Below, one piece after another: positions 1 through 8,572 of a stretch of 64,000 nucleotides of DNA. The stretch's first letter is position 1; every line of letters starts with the position of its first letter. A model generated the notes under the pieces. It did not search any database, was not told the origin of the DNA, and worked only from the letters and a program-made list of their open reading frames with translations. The position numbers and the translations under genes were made by a program. The stretch is from Nitrosopumilus sp. (lineage in GTDB: Archaea; Thermoproteota; Nitrososphaeria; Nitrososphaerales; Nitrosopumilaceae), in assembly GCA_965238275.1 (NCBI GenBank), contig OZ250186.1, positions 352,001 through 416,000 on the forward strand, written 5' to 3'.

Positions 1-1218
1 GTATTCTACATCGTCTGTCTCCAGAAACGCAAACAGGTGATCCCTTTCCCGCACCAGCATCTTGCGCATCCTGTTGCAGTGCTTGCAGTCGCGGTCCTTC
101 TCGAGCCTGCCTATCATGGACGCGATGCGACGGTCCAGCCTCTTCTTTGTGGCAAGCGCGTCTGCTCCTCCCGGAATGGCACCGTCGACGACGTGCGAGT
201 CCCACAGTATGCTGCGCAGCGTCCTTGCGTGCCGCCGGTAGTCCTGGCCGGGATTTTTGTATTTCAGGGTGTCCTTGACGTCCCGGACGTAATGCAGGTG
301 GCACTTTTGGTGCATGGCTCCTATGACGTTCCACGCTCCCCACGAGTCAGACGTCACGCATCCCGAATAGTCCTTGCCAAGCATCTTTTTTGGAACCTTC
401 GAGTTCCTGCGGCGGTGTACCTCGTAGATTACGGCGTACTTTGTTACCACCGCCCACAGCCAGTAGTTGGTGCCGTTGACGCGCCAGACGGACTCGTCCC
501 CGTTTATCGCAGGCGAGCGCCTTACCTCCTCCTTGATCTTCTCGTACAGCGGCCCAAGCTCCCGTGCCATCCTGCACACCATGCGGTTTATGGCAGATTC
601 GGTGATCCTTGCAGAGTACGTTATCAGGACAATCTGGCATATCCTGAGGTCTGACATGCCGTGCAGCCTGAGGATGACCATCATTATCATAAAGTTGATC
701 CCGTACCTGGAGTTTGGCAGTGCCAGCGGGGTCCTGCCAGACACGGTCTTCTTGCAGTTCCTGCAGCGCCTTCTCTTTACTGTCACCCTGATGTGCTCTA
801 GTTCCGCCTTGGCAGCCTCCCTTACGACCTTTGTGTACGTGGATACGCACTCGGAGAGGTCGGAGCTGCCGCAGTTGTCGCACGTGTGGGGATCTGCCGT
901 CTCCTCTGCGTCTATTCTTTCAGGACGCCTGAGGCCGGTACGTCTGTGGACGCTTGGCTTGCCCTTGGCCTTTGTGCGGCGTCTGGCACTGCCCGTTTTT
1001 TTGTCAGGTTTTGCGCCGATGCTCCTTGCAACGGCAGCCGATATGACGCCCTTTGCTTCCTGCAACTCTGTCGTGAGGTCCTGGATCTGTCGGAGGGCGG
1101 CAGTGTAAAGATCAGCGAGATTGGCCAGCTGTCGGTCTTTTTTGGCCAGCTGCCCTGCCATCATCTCCACTTTTTCCTCCAGTTCTGCAATCCTTGACTC
1201 GGAACTATCATCAGACAT
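1..1218 (-). CDS. IS66-family transposase (TnpC-like, single-ORF type), runs off the left edge of the window
   Basis: Absent from the ORF track because no stop lies in the window. Manual translation from ATG 1218 is in frame with base 1 and shows AINGDESVWRVNGTNYWLW, HQKCHLHYVRD and LFAFLETDDVEY (the region just before the IS66 NNxAER motif). Confidence 0.85.
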   Translation of the reverse strand, partial: MSDDSSESRIAELEEKVEMMAGQLAKKDRQLANLADLYTAALRQIQDLTTELQEAKGVISAAVARSIGAKPDKKTGSARRRTKAKGKPSVHRRTGLRRPERIDAEETADPHTCDNCGSSDLSECVSTYTKVVREAAKAELEHIRVTVKRRRCRNCKKTVSGRTPLALPNSRYGINFMIMMVILRLHGMSDLRICQIVLITYSARITESAINRMVCRMARELGPLYEKIKEEVRRSPAINGDESVWRVNGTNYWLWAVVTKYAVIYEVHRRRNSKVPKKMLGKDYSGCVTSDSWGAWNVIGAMHQKCHLHYVRDVKDTLKYKNPGQDYRRHARTLRSILWDSHVVDGAIPGGADALATKKRLDRRIASMIGRLEKDRDCKHCNRMRKMLVRERDHLFAFLETDDVEY

Positions 1219-1359
1219 ATGCAAACCGTGGTAACTGATGATCTAAAAATTGGAATGGAGAGAAAAACTCGATCAAGTGATTAAAAATAGTTTCAAAAAA
1301 ACTACACATACGTTTGTAGGCATGGAATTCAACGTTTGATCAAAAAACTACACAGTTAC
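1..1359 (-). mobile_element. IS66-family element, partial
   Basis: Transposase above. Candidate end GTAACTGTGTAGTTTTTT on the minus strand, finishing at 1359 (IS66 ends begin GTAA). The other end is outside the window. Confidence 0.6.
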
Positions 1360-1394
1360 GATAAGTTAATTAATGTCTACTTGGGATATGTTCT

Positions 1395-2114
1395 GTGGCT
1401 GTTATTAAACAAACTATTAGTCTTCCATCATGCAAAATTAATAGAAAAACATTAAAAAAAATTTGTAAGTTTTTAGACGAACGACGTACTGAAATGAAAG
1501 ATGAAGAGCGTGAAGCAACACTTCGCATTACAATTAAAATGAAACGAAAAAAAATGGAATTTGATTCGTGTGAGGAATTTCTTCTACAAGAAGATATACG
1601 AAATGATCTGAAAAGCATGTCATTTGATTTAAAGAAATATTTCAACTATGATCATCATATTGAAATATATCTTGGTTTTGAAACATGGGATATTTCAGAA
1701 ATTGTGGTTTCTGGAAAAAATTCAGTATGGGTTAATGGCGTAGTCAAAGGATTAGAAGAGATTTTTAGTGAACAGTCAACAAAGCATAGTTTGGTACATG
1801 GAAAAAAAACTCTGATTCCAATAGTTATAGGGCTTGCTATAATATCAGCTTTTGCAGCTAGTATAGCATACTCGATTAATGATCCAGTTAGTATCTGGAG
1901 CAAGTTTCTAGACAACGATTCCAATTTACCATCAGGATTTATTGCTGGATTGAGTAGTATTGGAATATATTGGTTACTTCTGCAATGGTTATTTCCTGTT
2001 GTAGAATTCGAAGGTGTCGGCATACAACAAAGAATTAGAAAAGGAATTATCATAATAGCTGGAACGATCTTAGGTGGGCTAGTAACAACTATGATTTATA
2101 ATCAAATCCAGTAG
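1395..2114 (+). CDS. Hypothetical membrane protein (soluble N-terminal domain plus about 3 C-terminal TM helices), AT-rich
   Basis: 239-aa ORF, visibly much more AT-rich than its surroundings. Hydrophobic segments: LIPIVIGLAIISAFAASIAY, GFIAGLSSIGIYWLLLQWLF, GIIIIAGTILGGLVTTMIY. Confidence 0.75.
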   Translation: MAVIKQTISLPSCKINRKTLKKICKFLDERRTEMKDEEREATLRITIKMKRKKMEFDSCEEFLLQEDIRNDLKSMSFDLKKYFNYDHHIEIYLGFETWDISEIVVSGKNSVWVNGVVKGLEEIFSEQSTKHSLVHGKKTLIPIVIGLAIISAFAASIAYSINDPVSIWSKFLDNDSNLPSGFIAGLSSIGIYWLLLQWLFPVVEFEGVGIQQRIRKGIIIIAGTILGGLVTTMIYNQIQ

Positions 2115-2300
2115 CTACAGCAACCAAAAAATAAGACTATTATATATCAATGTCTCCTTTCCCAGCATGACATGCCGTTTGTTGAGTTGTTTATGAACTG
2201 GCATCCCAATCCAATTGAGACCACCGTCTGGATGCCGATCAGGACGGGCAAGAAAGTCTCGTCCATCTGACGACGTACGGCATCACGCACAGGAAGACCA

Positions 2301-2450
2301 GACCTGCCGCACATGTTTGCATTTTTGGAGCATCTTGGGATGGTGCCCACCAACAATGTATCGGAGCGGGCGTTGCGCTATGTCGTTGTATTGCGCAAAA
2401 TAATCGAGCAGATCAAGGAGCCTGATGCCATGAAGTGCCTGATGATGTGA
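2301..2450 (+). pseudogene. IS66 transposase C-terminal remnant
   Basis: Translates as DLPHMFAFLEHLGMVPTNNVSERALRYVVVLRKI, the IS66 PTNNxxERxLR motif, with no upstream gene body. Confidence 0.75.
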
Positions 2451-2606
2451 AGGCGCGGAGGTTCCAGGATGATGCCCGGGTAAGGGAGCTGTCCGAACTG
2501 CCACGAACGCTTTCGAAGTGCCTGTGAATGCTCCGGGATGCGCCCCTGTCTGTCTTGATACCATGGTAGCACCAAGACACGGCAGGAAGAAAAAACAGGA
2601 CAAATC

Positions 2607-2709
2607 CAAGGAGATTCAGTCTATAATGATGACTTTTTGGGTTCCGCCGTGCCTGCAACACCGTCTCGTGCCATTCCAGCGGCAATCCATCATCGGTTTG
2701 GATCGCCTG
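2607..2709. repeat. Degenerate ~100-bp direct repeat, copy A (copy B at 19600-19701)
   Basis: 32 identical bp CAAGGAGATTCAGTCTATAATGATGACTTTTT followed by about 70 bp of clearly related sequence. Confidence 0.85.
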
Positions 2710-2822
2710 CCAGACAACAAATCAGACATTTTACTATCCTGCATTTCCGCCGTGGACTACAGCACGTCCGACACGTGTATCCATACGACAGTATCTTACC
2801 ATCTGTCAATTTGTCATACATT

Positions 2823-3994
2823 AGACATAATCCGTAATTGGGTATAACCACACGATTGGACGCATTGCAGGACAAATCCGGTTGATTGCACGGAATTGCA
2901 TGTCAATTCGAACTTACCCGATGATCAAAACTATACGTCAGCCGTGTTTTATTCTGATTGCCCATGTCAAAGCATGTCATTATACGACAAATTAGCAAAA
3001 AAGCCCAAACTGTTCATCCGGTGCACTGGACTGACAGTCTCCGAATTTAATTTGGTGGCAGGGCGGCTGGCAAAAAAATACCCCAGGGCAGAGCAAAAGC
3101 GACTCTCCAAAAGAAGCAGGATGCGCGGCATTGGTGCCGGACGCAGGTGGAAACTGGATCTGAAAAACAGGTTTCTTCTGGTCCTGTTTTATTACAGGAC
3201 ATACGCCACACAGGATCTTCTTGCCATGGTGTTTCAGGTGGGCCAGGCTAGCGTGTCCCGCAGCATGGGGGCACTGGAGCCGTCGATCCGGCAGTGCGTT
3301 CCGCTTCCGTCAAAGATCTACGCCAGCATCAAGGCCACCAAGACGCTTGACGATCTTGAGGAGATCATTCCGGGCCTGACTGCCCTGATTGATGCCTCCG
3401 AGCAGCAGATACAACGTCCCGGGCGCAAGGACATGGAACGGTCCCACTACTCGGGCAAGGCACACAGGCACACGTCCAAGGTCCAGTACACATCGGCCAC
3501 GGACGGCCTCATCCTTCACAAGACCCGGCATTCCCCGGGCAGGATCCACGACTTTGCAGTATTCAAAAAGAAACACCCGACATTCCCTGACAACCTTCCA
3601 CGCAAGGACGGGAGCAAGGACAAGAAAAGGATCAAGGTCAGAGAGATCCTGGATGGCGGATACCAGGGGATCAACAAGGAGTTTCCTGACCGGGATGCCG
3701 TAGTGCCGTACAAGAAGCAAAAAGGTGCAGAATTGTCCCCCGAGCAGAAGGAATTCAACAAAAAACACTCAAAGGTACGGGTGTATGTGGAGCACGCCAT
3801 CCGCAGGGTCAAACGGTTTCGCATAATGGGCGGTGTCTACCGAAACCGCCTGAAAAAATATGACACCATCAATGACATCGTTTGCGGATTTGCCAACCTC
3901 AGGGTTCTCCTAGTCCGGGAAGCAATCGGGTAGGAGTCAAAAAACCTACACAATATAGGAAAATATGCATAATTTCTAATTACGGATTATGTCT
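2823..3994 (+). mobile_element. IS5-family (ISL2-like) insertion sequence
   Basis: Perfect 17-bp TIR AGACATAATCCGTAATT / AATTACGGATTATGTCT. 3-bp TSD ATT at 2820-2822 and 3995-3997. Confidence 0.9.
2974..3933 (+). CDS. IS5-family DDE transposase (HTH + DDE_Tnp_4-like)
   Basis: LIDASEQQIQRP, YSGK, ILDGGYQG, RVYVEHAIRRVKRF motifs. ATG 2974 is preferred over the ORF-track start at 2896. Confidence 0.9.
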   Translation: MSLYDKLAKKPKLFIRCTGLTVSEFNLVAGRLAKKYPRAEQKRLSKRSRMRGIGAGRRWKLDLKNRFLLVLFYYRTYATQDLLAMVFQVGQASVSRSMGALEPSIRQCVPLPSKIYASIKATKTLDDLEEIIPGLTALIDASEQQIQRPGRKDMERSHYSGKAHRHTSKVQYTSATDGLILHKTRHSPGRIHDFAVFKKKHPTFPDNLPRKDGSKDKKRIKVREILDGGYQGINKEFPDRDAVVPYKKQKGAELSPEQKEFNKKHSKVRVYVEHAIRRVKRFRIMGGVYRNRLKKYDTINDIVCGFANLRVLLVREAIG

Positions 3995-3995
3995 A

Positions 3996-4003
3996 TTATA
4001 AAA
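3996..4003 (+). promoter_or_regulatory. Archaeal TATA box of the repeat-HNH operon
   Basis: TTATAAAA ending 25 nt upstream of ATG 4029, the spacing expected for a leaderless archaeal mRNA. Confidence 0.5.
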
Positions 4004-4028
4004 CTTGGAAAAACAGTGTCTCACAGAA

Positions 4029-4928
4029 ATGACGAAACATCGCGTAGCATGGACGGATGTGGACGTGACCTTCCTCACGGGAAACCATTCCAAAATGACC
4101 GATGCCGAACTGTCCCGGGCACTCAACAGGTCGATCCGCTCGGTATCCCACAAGCGACTGAGGCTCGGACTTGGCAGTGCCAAGCGTGCCGCCTCACCGA
4201 ATGCTTGGTCGGAGAAAGAAGATCAATTCCTCCTGCAAAACCGGCACATGGGGCCGGAGGACGTTGCAAAGACGATCGGAAGAACCAAAGCCGCCGTGGC
4301 GCACAGGAGGAAATCGCTTGGAATGTCAGTCCCAAAGTCGGAGACGGCTTGGAAGGACGATGAGATGCGGTTTTTGAAGGAAAACCCCGAAATACCGACC
4401 GCGACGCTGTCTGAACGACTCGGCAGGACACAAGTAGCGGTGCGGCAGATGAGGCGCAAATGCGGGCTGTGCCGGGAAAAACACCATCCTTGGAGCCAGG
4501 GAGAAGAAGATAATCTGAGAAAGAACATGTCGCTGCAACTAGGCGAACTTTGCAAGCTGTTTCCAAACCGAACACATGCTTCTGTAAACGCCAAGGCCAG
4601 AAAGATGGGCAGGTCGCGTTACAATCGCGTGGGTTACACGGTTACGCCGAACGGGTACATAGAAATCACGGTGAATGGCAGGCGCGTGCTTGAACACGTA
4701 TACGTGATGGAGCAGTACAAGCGCCGCATGCTGAAAAAAGGAGAGATTGTCCACCACATAGACTGCGACAGGAAAAACAACAACCTGAATAACCTCGATC
4801 TGCTACAATCCGACAGCCAGCACCAGGCCACCCACAACTCGTTCAGGAAGCTGCTTAAGCCACTGCTGGATTCCGGCCACGTCGTGTATGATTTTGAGAG
4901 ACACAGGTACGGGGTCGAAAGACTATGA
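4029..4928 (+). CDS. Protein with 4 tandem Myb/SANT-like HTH repeats + C-terminal HNH endonuclease
   Basis: Four ~47-52-aa repeats W(T/S/K)xx(E/D)xxFLxxN...LxR(T/S)xx(A/S)VxxxRxxLG(L/M). HNH motif EHVYVME...VHHIDCDRKNNNLNNL...H...H. Alternative TTG start at 4005. Confidence 0.85.
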   Translation: MTKHRVAWTDVDVTFLTGNHSKMTDAELSRALNRSIRSVSHKRLRLGLGSAKRAASPNAWSEKEDQFLLQNRHMGPEDVAKTIGRTKAAVAHRRKSLGMSVPKSETAWKDDEMRFLKENPEIPTATLSERLGRTQVAVRQMRRKCGLCREKHHPWSQGEEDNLRKNMSLQLGELCKLFPNRTHASVNAKARKMGRSRYNRVGYTVTPNGYIEITVNGRRVLEHVYVMEQYKRRMLKKGEIVHHIDCDRKNNNLNNLDLLQSDSQHQATHNSFRKLLKPLLDSGHVVYDFERHRYGVERL

Positions 4929-6229
4929 GCGTAGGCAGGCAGTGGAGCGTGAAGGATCTCGGTTTTCTAAGAATGCACTCAGGCATGCCGCGCAAAGAGC
5001 TTGCCAGCAAACTCAGCCGTACTGAACAGGCCGTAAAGCAGAAACTGCATGAACTCGGACTTTCCGTTTCACATGCATGGAGTCAGGATGAAATAAGATT
5101 CCTTGAAGCGCATCCACGCATGACCGCCGGTGAAATATCAAGGCACATCGACAGATCCGTCCACTCCATATACAGAATGCGCAACGCCCACAACCTGCCG
5201 TCGTCGTACAGCTGGACTAGCGAGGAAGACGACTTTCTCAGGAATAACCTAGGTATGACGGCGGCCGATCTGGGAGAAAAACTAGGCCGGTCGAAAGACC
5301 AAGTGCACAAGAGAAAAAAGAAACTCGGCCTGCCGCCATCTGACATGGCAAAACACTGGACAGCAGAACAGATCAGGTACCTGCGGGAGCATCCGGACAT
5401 GCAGGTAGCCGAGATTGTGAAACAAATCCAAAAGACGGAACACGCGATAAATCACAAACGGAGGGAACTGGGACTGTCACGCAAGACGGTTCACAAAAGA
5501 TGGATCATGGAAGATGACAGATTCCTACGCGAGCACGACGGCGAAGCAGCCAAAGCACTGGCGGAAACAATGGACAGGACGCTGTTCTCCGTGCAGGTGA
5601 GGAGGCAACATCTCGGCCTGACCGTTCCGAAGTCGGAACTGACGTGGAAGGATCATGAGAAGGATACGCTTAGGAAGAACCCGAACGAGCCAGCTACATC
5701 TCTCGCGCAAAGAATCGATCGCAGTCCGGCGGCGGTGCGCAGGGCCCGAAGGCTTGAGGGACTACCGCCGCTCTTGATCCGCAACGAATGGACGGACGAG
5801 GAGATTTTGCTGTTGCTGGACAACCTAGGGATGAAGCGAGCTTACATATACGGAATTCTCCCACACCGCACGAAGGCTTCCGTAGATGGCATGTTGAAGG
5901 AACTCGGCAGGGAACGACAGAACAACAAGGGGTTCACGTACATGACAGGCTACAAGGCGGTATACGTGGACGGAGTACCAGTACCAGAACACCGTATCGT
6001 CATGGAAAAACAGATCGGCCGACACCTGAAACCAGGCGAAAAGGTACACCACATAAACGGCATCAGGAATGACAACAGGCACGAGAATCTGGACTTGTTC
6101 AAGAACCAGTCGGAGCACATGCGGGCAGAGGCGTCTATAAACAAATGCATCCCAAAACTGCTTCAATCCGGAGTCATCATGTACTCCCGCAAGACACACG
6201 AGTACCTCTTAGCAGACGGAACGGCATGA
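4925..6229 (+). CDS. Protein with 7 tandem Myb/SANT-like HTH repeats + C-terminal HNH endonuclease
   Basis: Seven W-initiated repeats. HNH motif EHRIVME...VHHINGIRNDNRHENL...SEH. ATGA overlap with the upstream paralog. Confidence 0.85.
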   Translation: MSVGRQWSVKDLGFLRMHSGMPRKELASKLSRTEQAVKQKLHELGLSVSHAWSQDEIRFLEAHPRMTAGEISRHIDRSVHSIYRMRNAHNLPSSYSWTSEEDDFLRNNLGMTAADLGEKLGRSKDQVHKRKKKLGLPPSDMAKHWTAEQIRYLREHPDMQVAEIVKQIQKTEHAINHKRRELGLSRKTVHKRWIMEDDRFLREHDGEAAKALAETMDRTLFSVQVRRQHLGLTVPKSELTWKDHEKDTLRKNPNEPATSLAQRIDRSPAAVRRARRLEGLPPLLIRNEWTDEEILLLLDNLGMKRAYIYGILPHRTKASVDGMLKELGRERQNNKGFTYMTGYKAVYVDGVPVPEHRIVMEKQIGRHLKPGEKVHHINGIRNDNRHENLDLFKNQSEHMRAEASINKCIPKLLQSGVIMYSRKTHEYLLADGTA

Positions 6230-6423
6230 TCCACGTGACCGTCACAAGGCTCTGGTAAATTTTGGTGATCTCTGTCGTTTGCTATTCAAAAGCGTGTTTT
6301 TGGATCTTCTCCAGATTCGATCCCGCTGCATTTCATCATAGTGTTCAAAAGTGTGGTGTTTGCAAGGCAGATTCCACATACAACACGCAGGGTCACAACT
6401 ACCACAGAACATGTGTCTTTATT

Positions 6424-6669
6424 TTAGCTGATGGTTTTTGGGCAGCCATTCCTGCTACAGGGAGTTTCTGGCAACTTGCGCTGTTCGCTTATAGCTTTGG
6501 CAAATATTCTAGCTTCATACTCTTCTACAAAATATCCCCAGCCGCCTTGTTCAGACGAATGTTGACCACCACCAATGTCAAGCTTGTGGCTCCCGATTTT
6601 GTGAATAGTGACGTGGGGGTTATGCCGGTTGTAATAAACTGCAAATTTTACTTCTTCATGTCGTCCCAT
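6424..6669 (-). CDS. Small hypothetical protein (His/Cys-containing)
   Basis: 81-aa ORF with natural protein composition (VTIHK...GGWG...CxxxGC) and an AT-rich upstream region. Confidence 0.5.
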   Translation of the reverse strand: MGRHEEVKFAVYYNRHNPHVTIHKIGSHKLDIGGGQHSSEQGGWGYFVEEYEARIFAKAISEQRKLPETPCSRNGCPKTIS

Positions 6670-6777
6670 GCGTTCGATTAGCCATTCAATAATAAAAATT
6701 TACATAACACTGCCTAAAACTGCATGTGTTTTAGAGAGACTTGGAGTACCATTTGACCCGTTCATAGTGAAAAATTG

Positions 6778-8547
6778 GTAATTGTTTCGCTTTTTGAAGT
6801 ACCCCGGATGGCCTAGCGGGCATCCATGGCGCCGGGAATAAATCTAATGATTTCGTGCTCGGGACGACAAAGCTAGACTGTCGTGATCTAAATGTGAGTG
6901 GGTGCTAGTTCCTTCGAGATAGCAAATGAAGAAACCAGCACACCAGACATGCTTGGAGGTGGAGGAATTTAAGGCAATACACGAGCCCTCCTTACACTTA
7001 CCACAAATCCTTCCTGATGCCGGGGCGTGCATGAAACCAGAATGCAGGTGTTGTCGGTTCTGGACAAGGGTGCTTGGCGATACGATCGGCTTGACAGGCA
7101 AGATCTTGGAGGCTGCTGCCGCCGAAGTTGCAGGCAGGCCAGGCGCCAACTGCAAGGAGATCGAGGACCTGCAGGCACTCGTCTCATCCCTCACAGAGGA
7201 CAACAAGAGGTACGCCAAGGCCAACAGGGAGCTTAACGCCAAGGCCAACAGGATCAACATCCCCACCGTGACCAAGAAAAAGGCAGGCCCAAGGAAGGCC
7301 GGCAGGCCCAAGGGGCAAAAACCCACCATCAACTGCAGGCCAAAACGCGTCGACCGCGTCGAGGAGATCGACTGCAAGGAATGTCCCGACTGTGGCAACG
7401 ACAATCTTTCGGACGTGACTGACAGGTACGATCGCATCGTGACTGTCATGCGCGTCATACTGGAAAACGTCAGGTACGTCATCAAGCGGCGCTGGTGCCG
7501 CGGGTGCAAAAAACAGGTCTCTGGAAGGGTTCCCGGCGCGGCAAAACACGCGCGCCGTTCATCAAACTTTGATGCGGCCATGACGTCCCTGAACATGAAC
7601 GGTTTGTCGCATGCCAGGGCCGCAGAATTTGGCAGTGACGCGTGGGGGCACAAAATCTCGCGCCCGTCTGCATACCGCGGCAAGATCAGGCAGGCAGAGC
7701 GCATGGCACCGGAGCGTGATTCTGTAAGAAAGCGCGTGTTAGAGGCGCCACACCTGAACGCAGACGAATTCCACTGGCCGTTGGGCGGCAAACGCGGCTA
7801 CGGGATAGTGGCCCTGGCAAAAGACGCCTGCCTCGTGGAGGTGACCGGCTCGCGGGGCATCAAGACGCTTTGCCACACACTCCCGGACTACAAGGGAACC
7901 ATAACGCAGGACTCGTATGCAGGATGGCTCCACGTGGGATCGTGCCGCCAGATGTGCGTGTGGCACCAGGAACGCCTGGTGCAAAAGGACGTCCTGACCA
8001 ACCCCAAAGGTGACGTTCCAAAGTTTCTGGACAGGCTGTCGGCAATCCACGATAAGATTTATCGCGCATCCAGAATCGAGGACGGGCACACGAGGATCGT
8101 CGCGGCCCACTGCATAGACGCGGAGCTGCGCGGGCTGATGAACGAACCGTTTGCAGACGATGGGCACGGCACCATCGCCAGACACAAGAAGAGGAACCCC
8201 CGGGAGGGATACTTTATGACCACCTGCCTGCACGTGGACGGCATCGAGCCGGACAACAACGCAGTGGAGAGGGTCAACCGGAGGTTCGTGGCCATAAGGA
8301 GCGACGGGGGCGGAAACCGCTCCCAGAAGGGCATGGATGCCAACTCGATCCTGTTCACGCTGCTGGCAACTGACAGGATCAACGCGAACAGTTTCTTTGA
8401 TCATCTGGTCCGCTCGTCCTCTGGAGACAGTTGAGGCATCATCTGACGGCACGTATGGTGCATCACGGGAAAAAAGATTCCACGGCAAGGGAAAGGCTGC
8501 ACCTGCTCCACTGTTAGGCAGGCCACTTCAAAAAGCGAAACTGTTAC
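6778..8547 (+). mobile_element. IS66-family (single-ORF, ISBst12-like) insertion sequence
   Basis: TIR GTAATTGTTTCGCTTTTTGAAGT / ACTTCAAAAAGCGAAACTGTTAC (21/23). Perfect 8-bp TSD AAAAATTG at 6770-6777 and 8548-8555. Confidence 0.93.
6926..8434 (+). CDS. IS66-family transposase
   Basis: Coiled coil, CPDCG...CRGC zinc finger, ADEFHW, TQDSY, QMCVWH, EPDNNAVER. Confidence 0.9.
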   Translation: MKKPAHQTCLEVEEFKAIHEPSLHLPQILPDAGACMKPECRCCRFWTRVLGDTIGLTGKILEAAAAEVAGRPGANCKEIEDLQALVSSLTEDNKRYAKANRELNAKANRINIPTVTKKKAGPRKAGRPKGQKPTINCRPKRVDRVEEIDCKECPDCGNDNLSDVTDRYDRIVTVMRVILENVRYVIKRRWCRGCKKQVSGRVPGAAKHARRSSNFDAAMTSLNMNGLSHARAAEFGSDAWGHKISRPSAYRGKIRQAERMAPERDSVRKRVLEAPHLNADEFHWPLGGKRGYGIVALAKDACLVEVTGSRGIKTLCHTLPDYKGTITQDSYAGWLHVGSCRQMCVWHQERLVQKDVLTNPKGDVPKFLDRLSAIHDKIYRASRIEDGHTRIVAAHCIDAELRGLMNEPFADDGHGTIARHKKRNPREGYFMTTCLHVDGIEPDNNAVERVNRRFVAIRSDGGGNRSQKGMDANSILFTLLATDRINANSFFDHLVRSSSGDS

Positions 8548-8572
8548 AAAAATTGTTAGTTCAGATACTACC

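Noticed and set aside
37-1197. Several + strand and short - strand ORFs in the ORF track
   Set aside because: Shadows of the minus-strand IS66 transposase frame that runs off the window.
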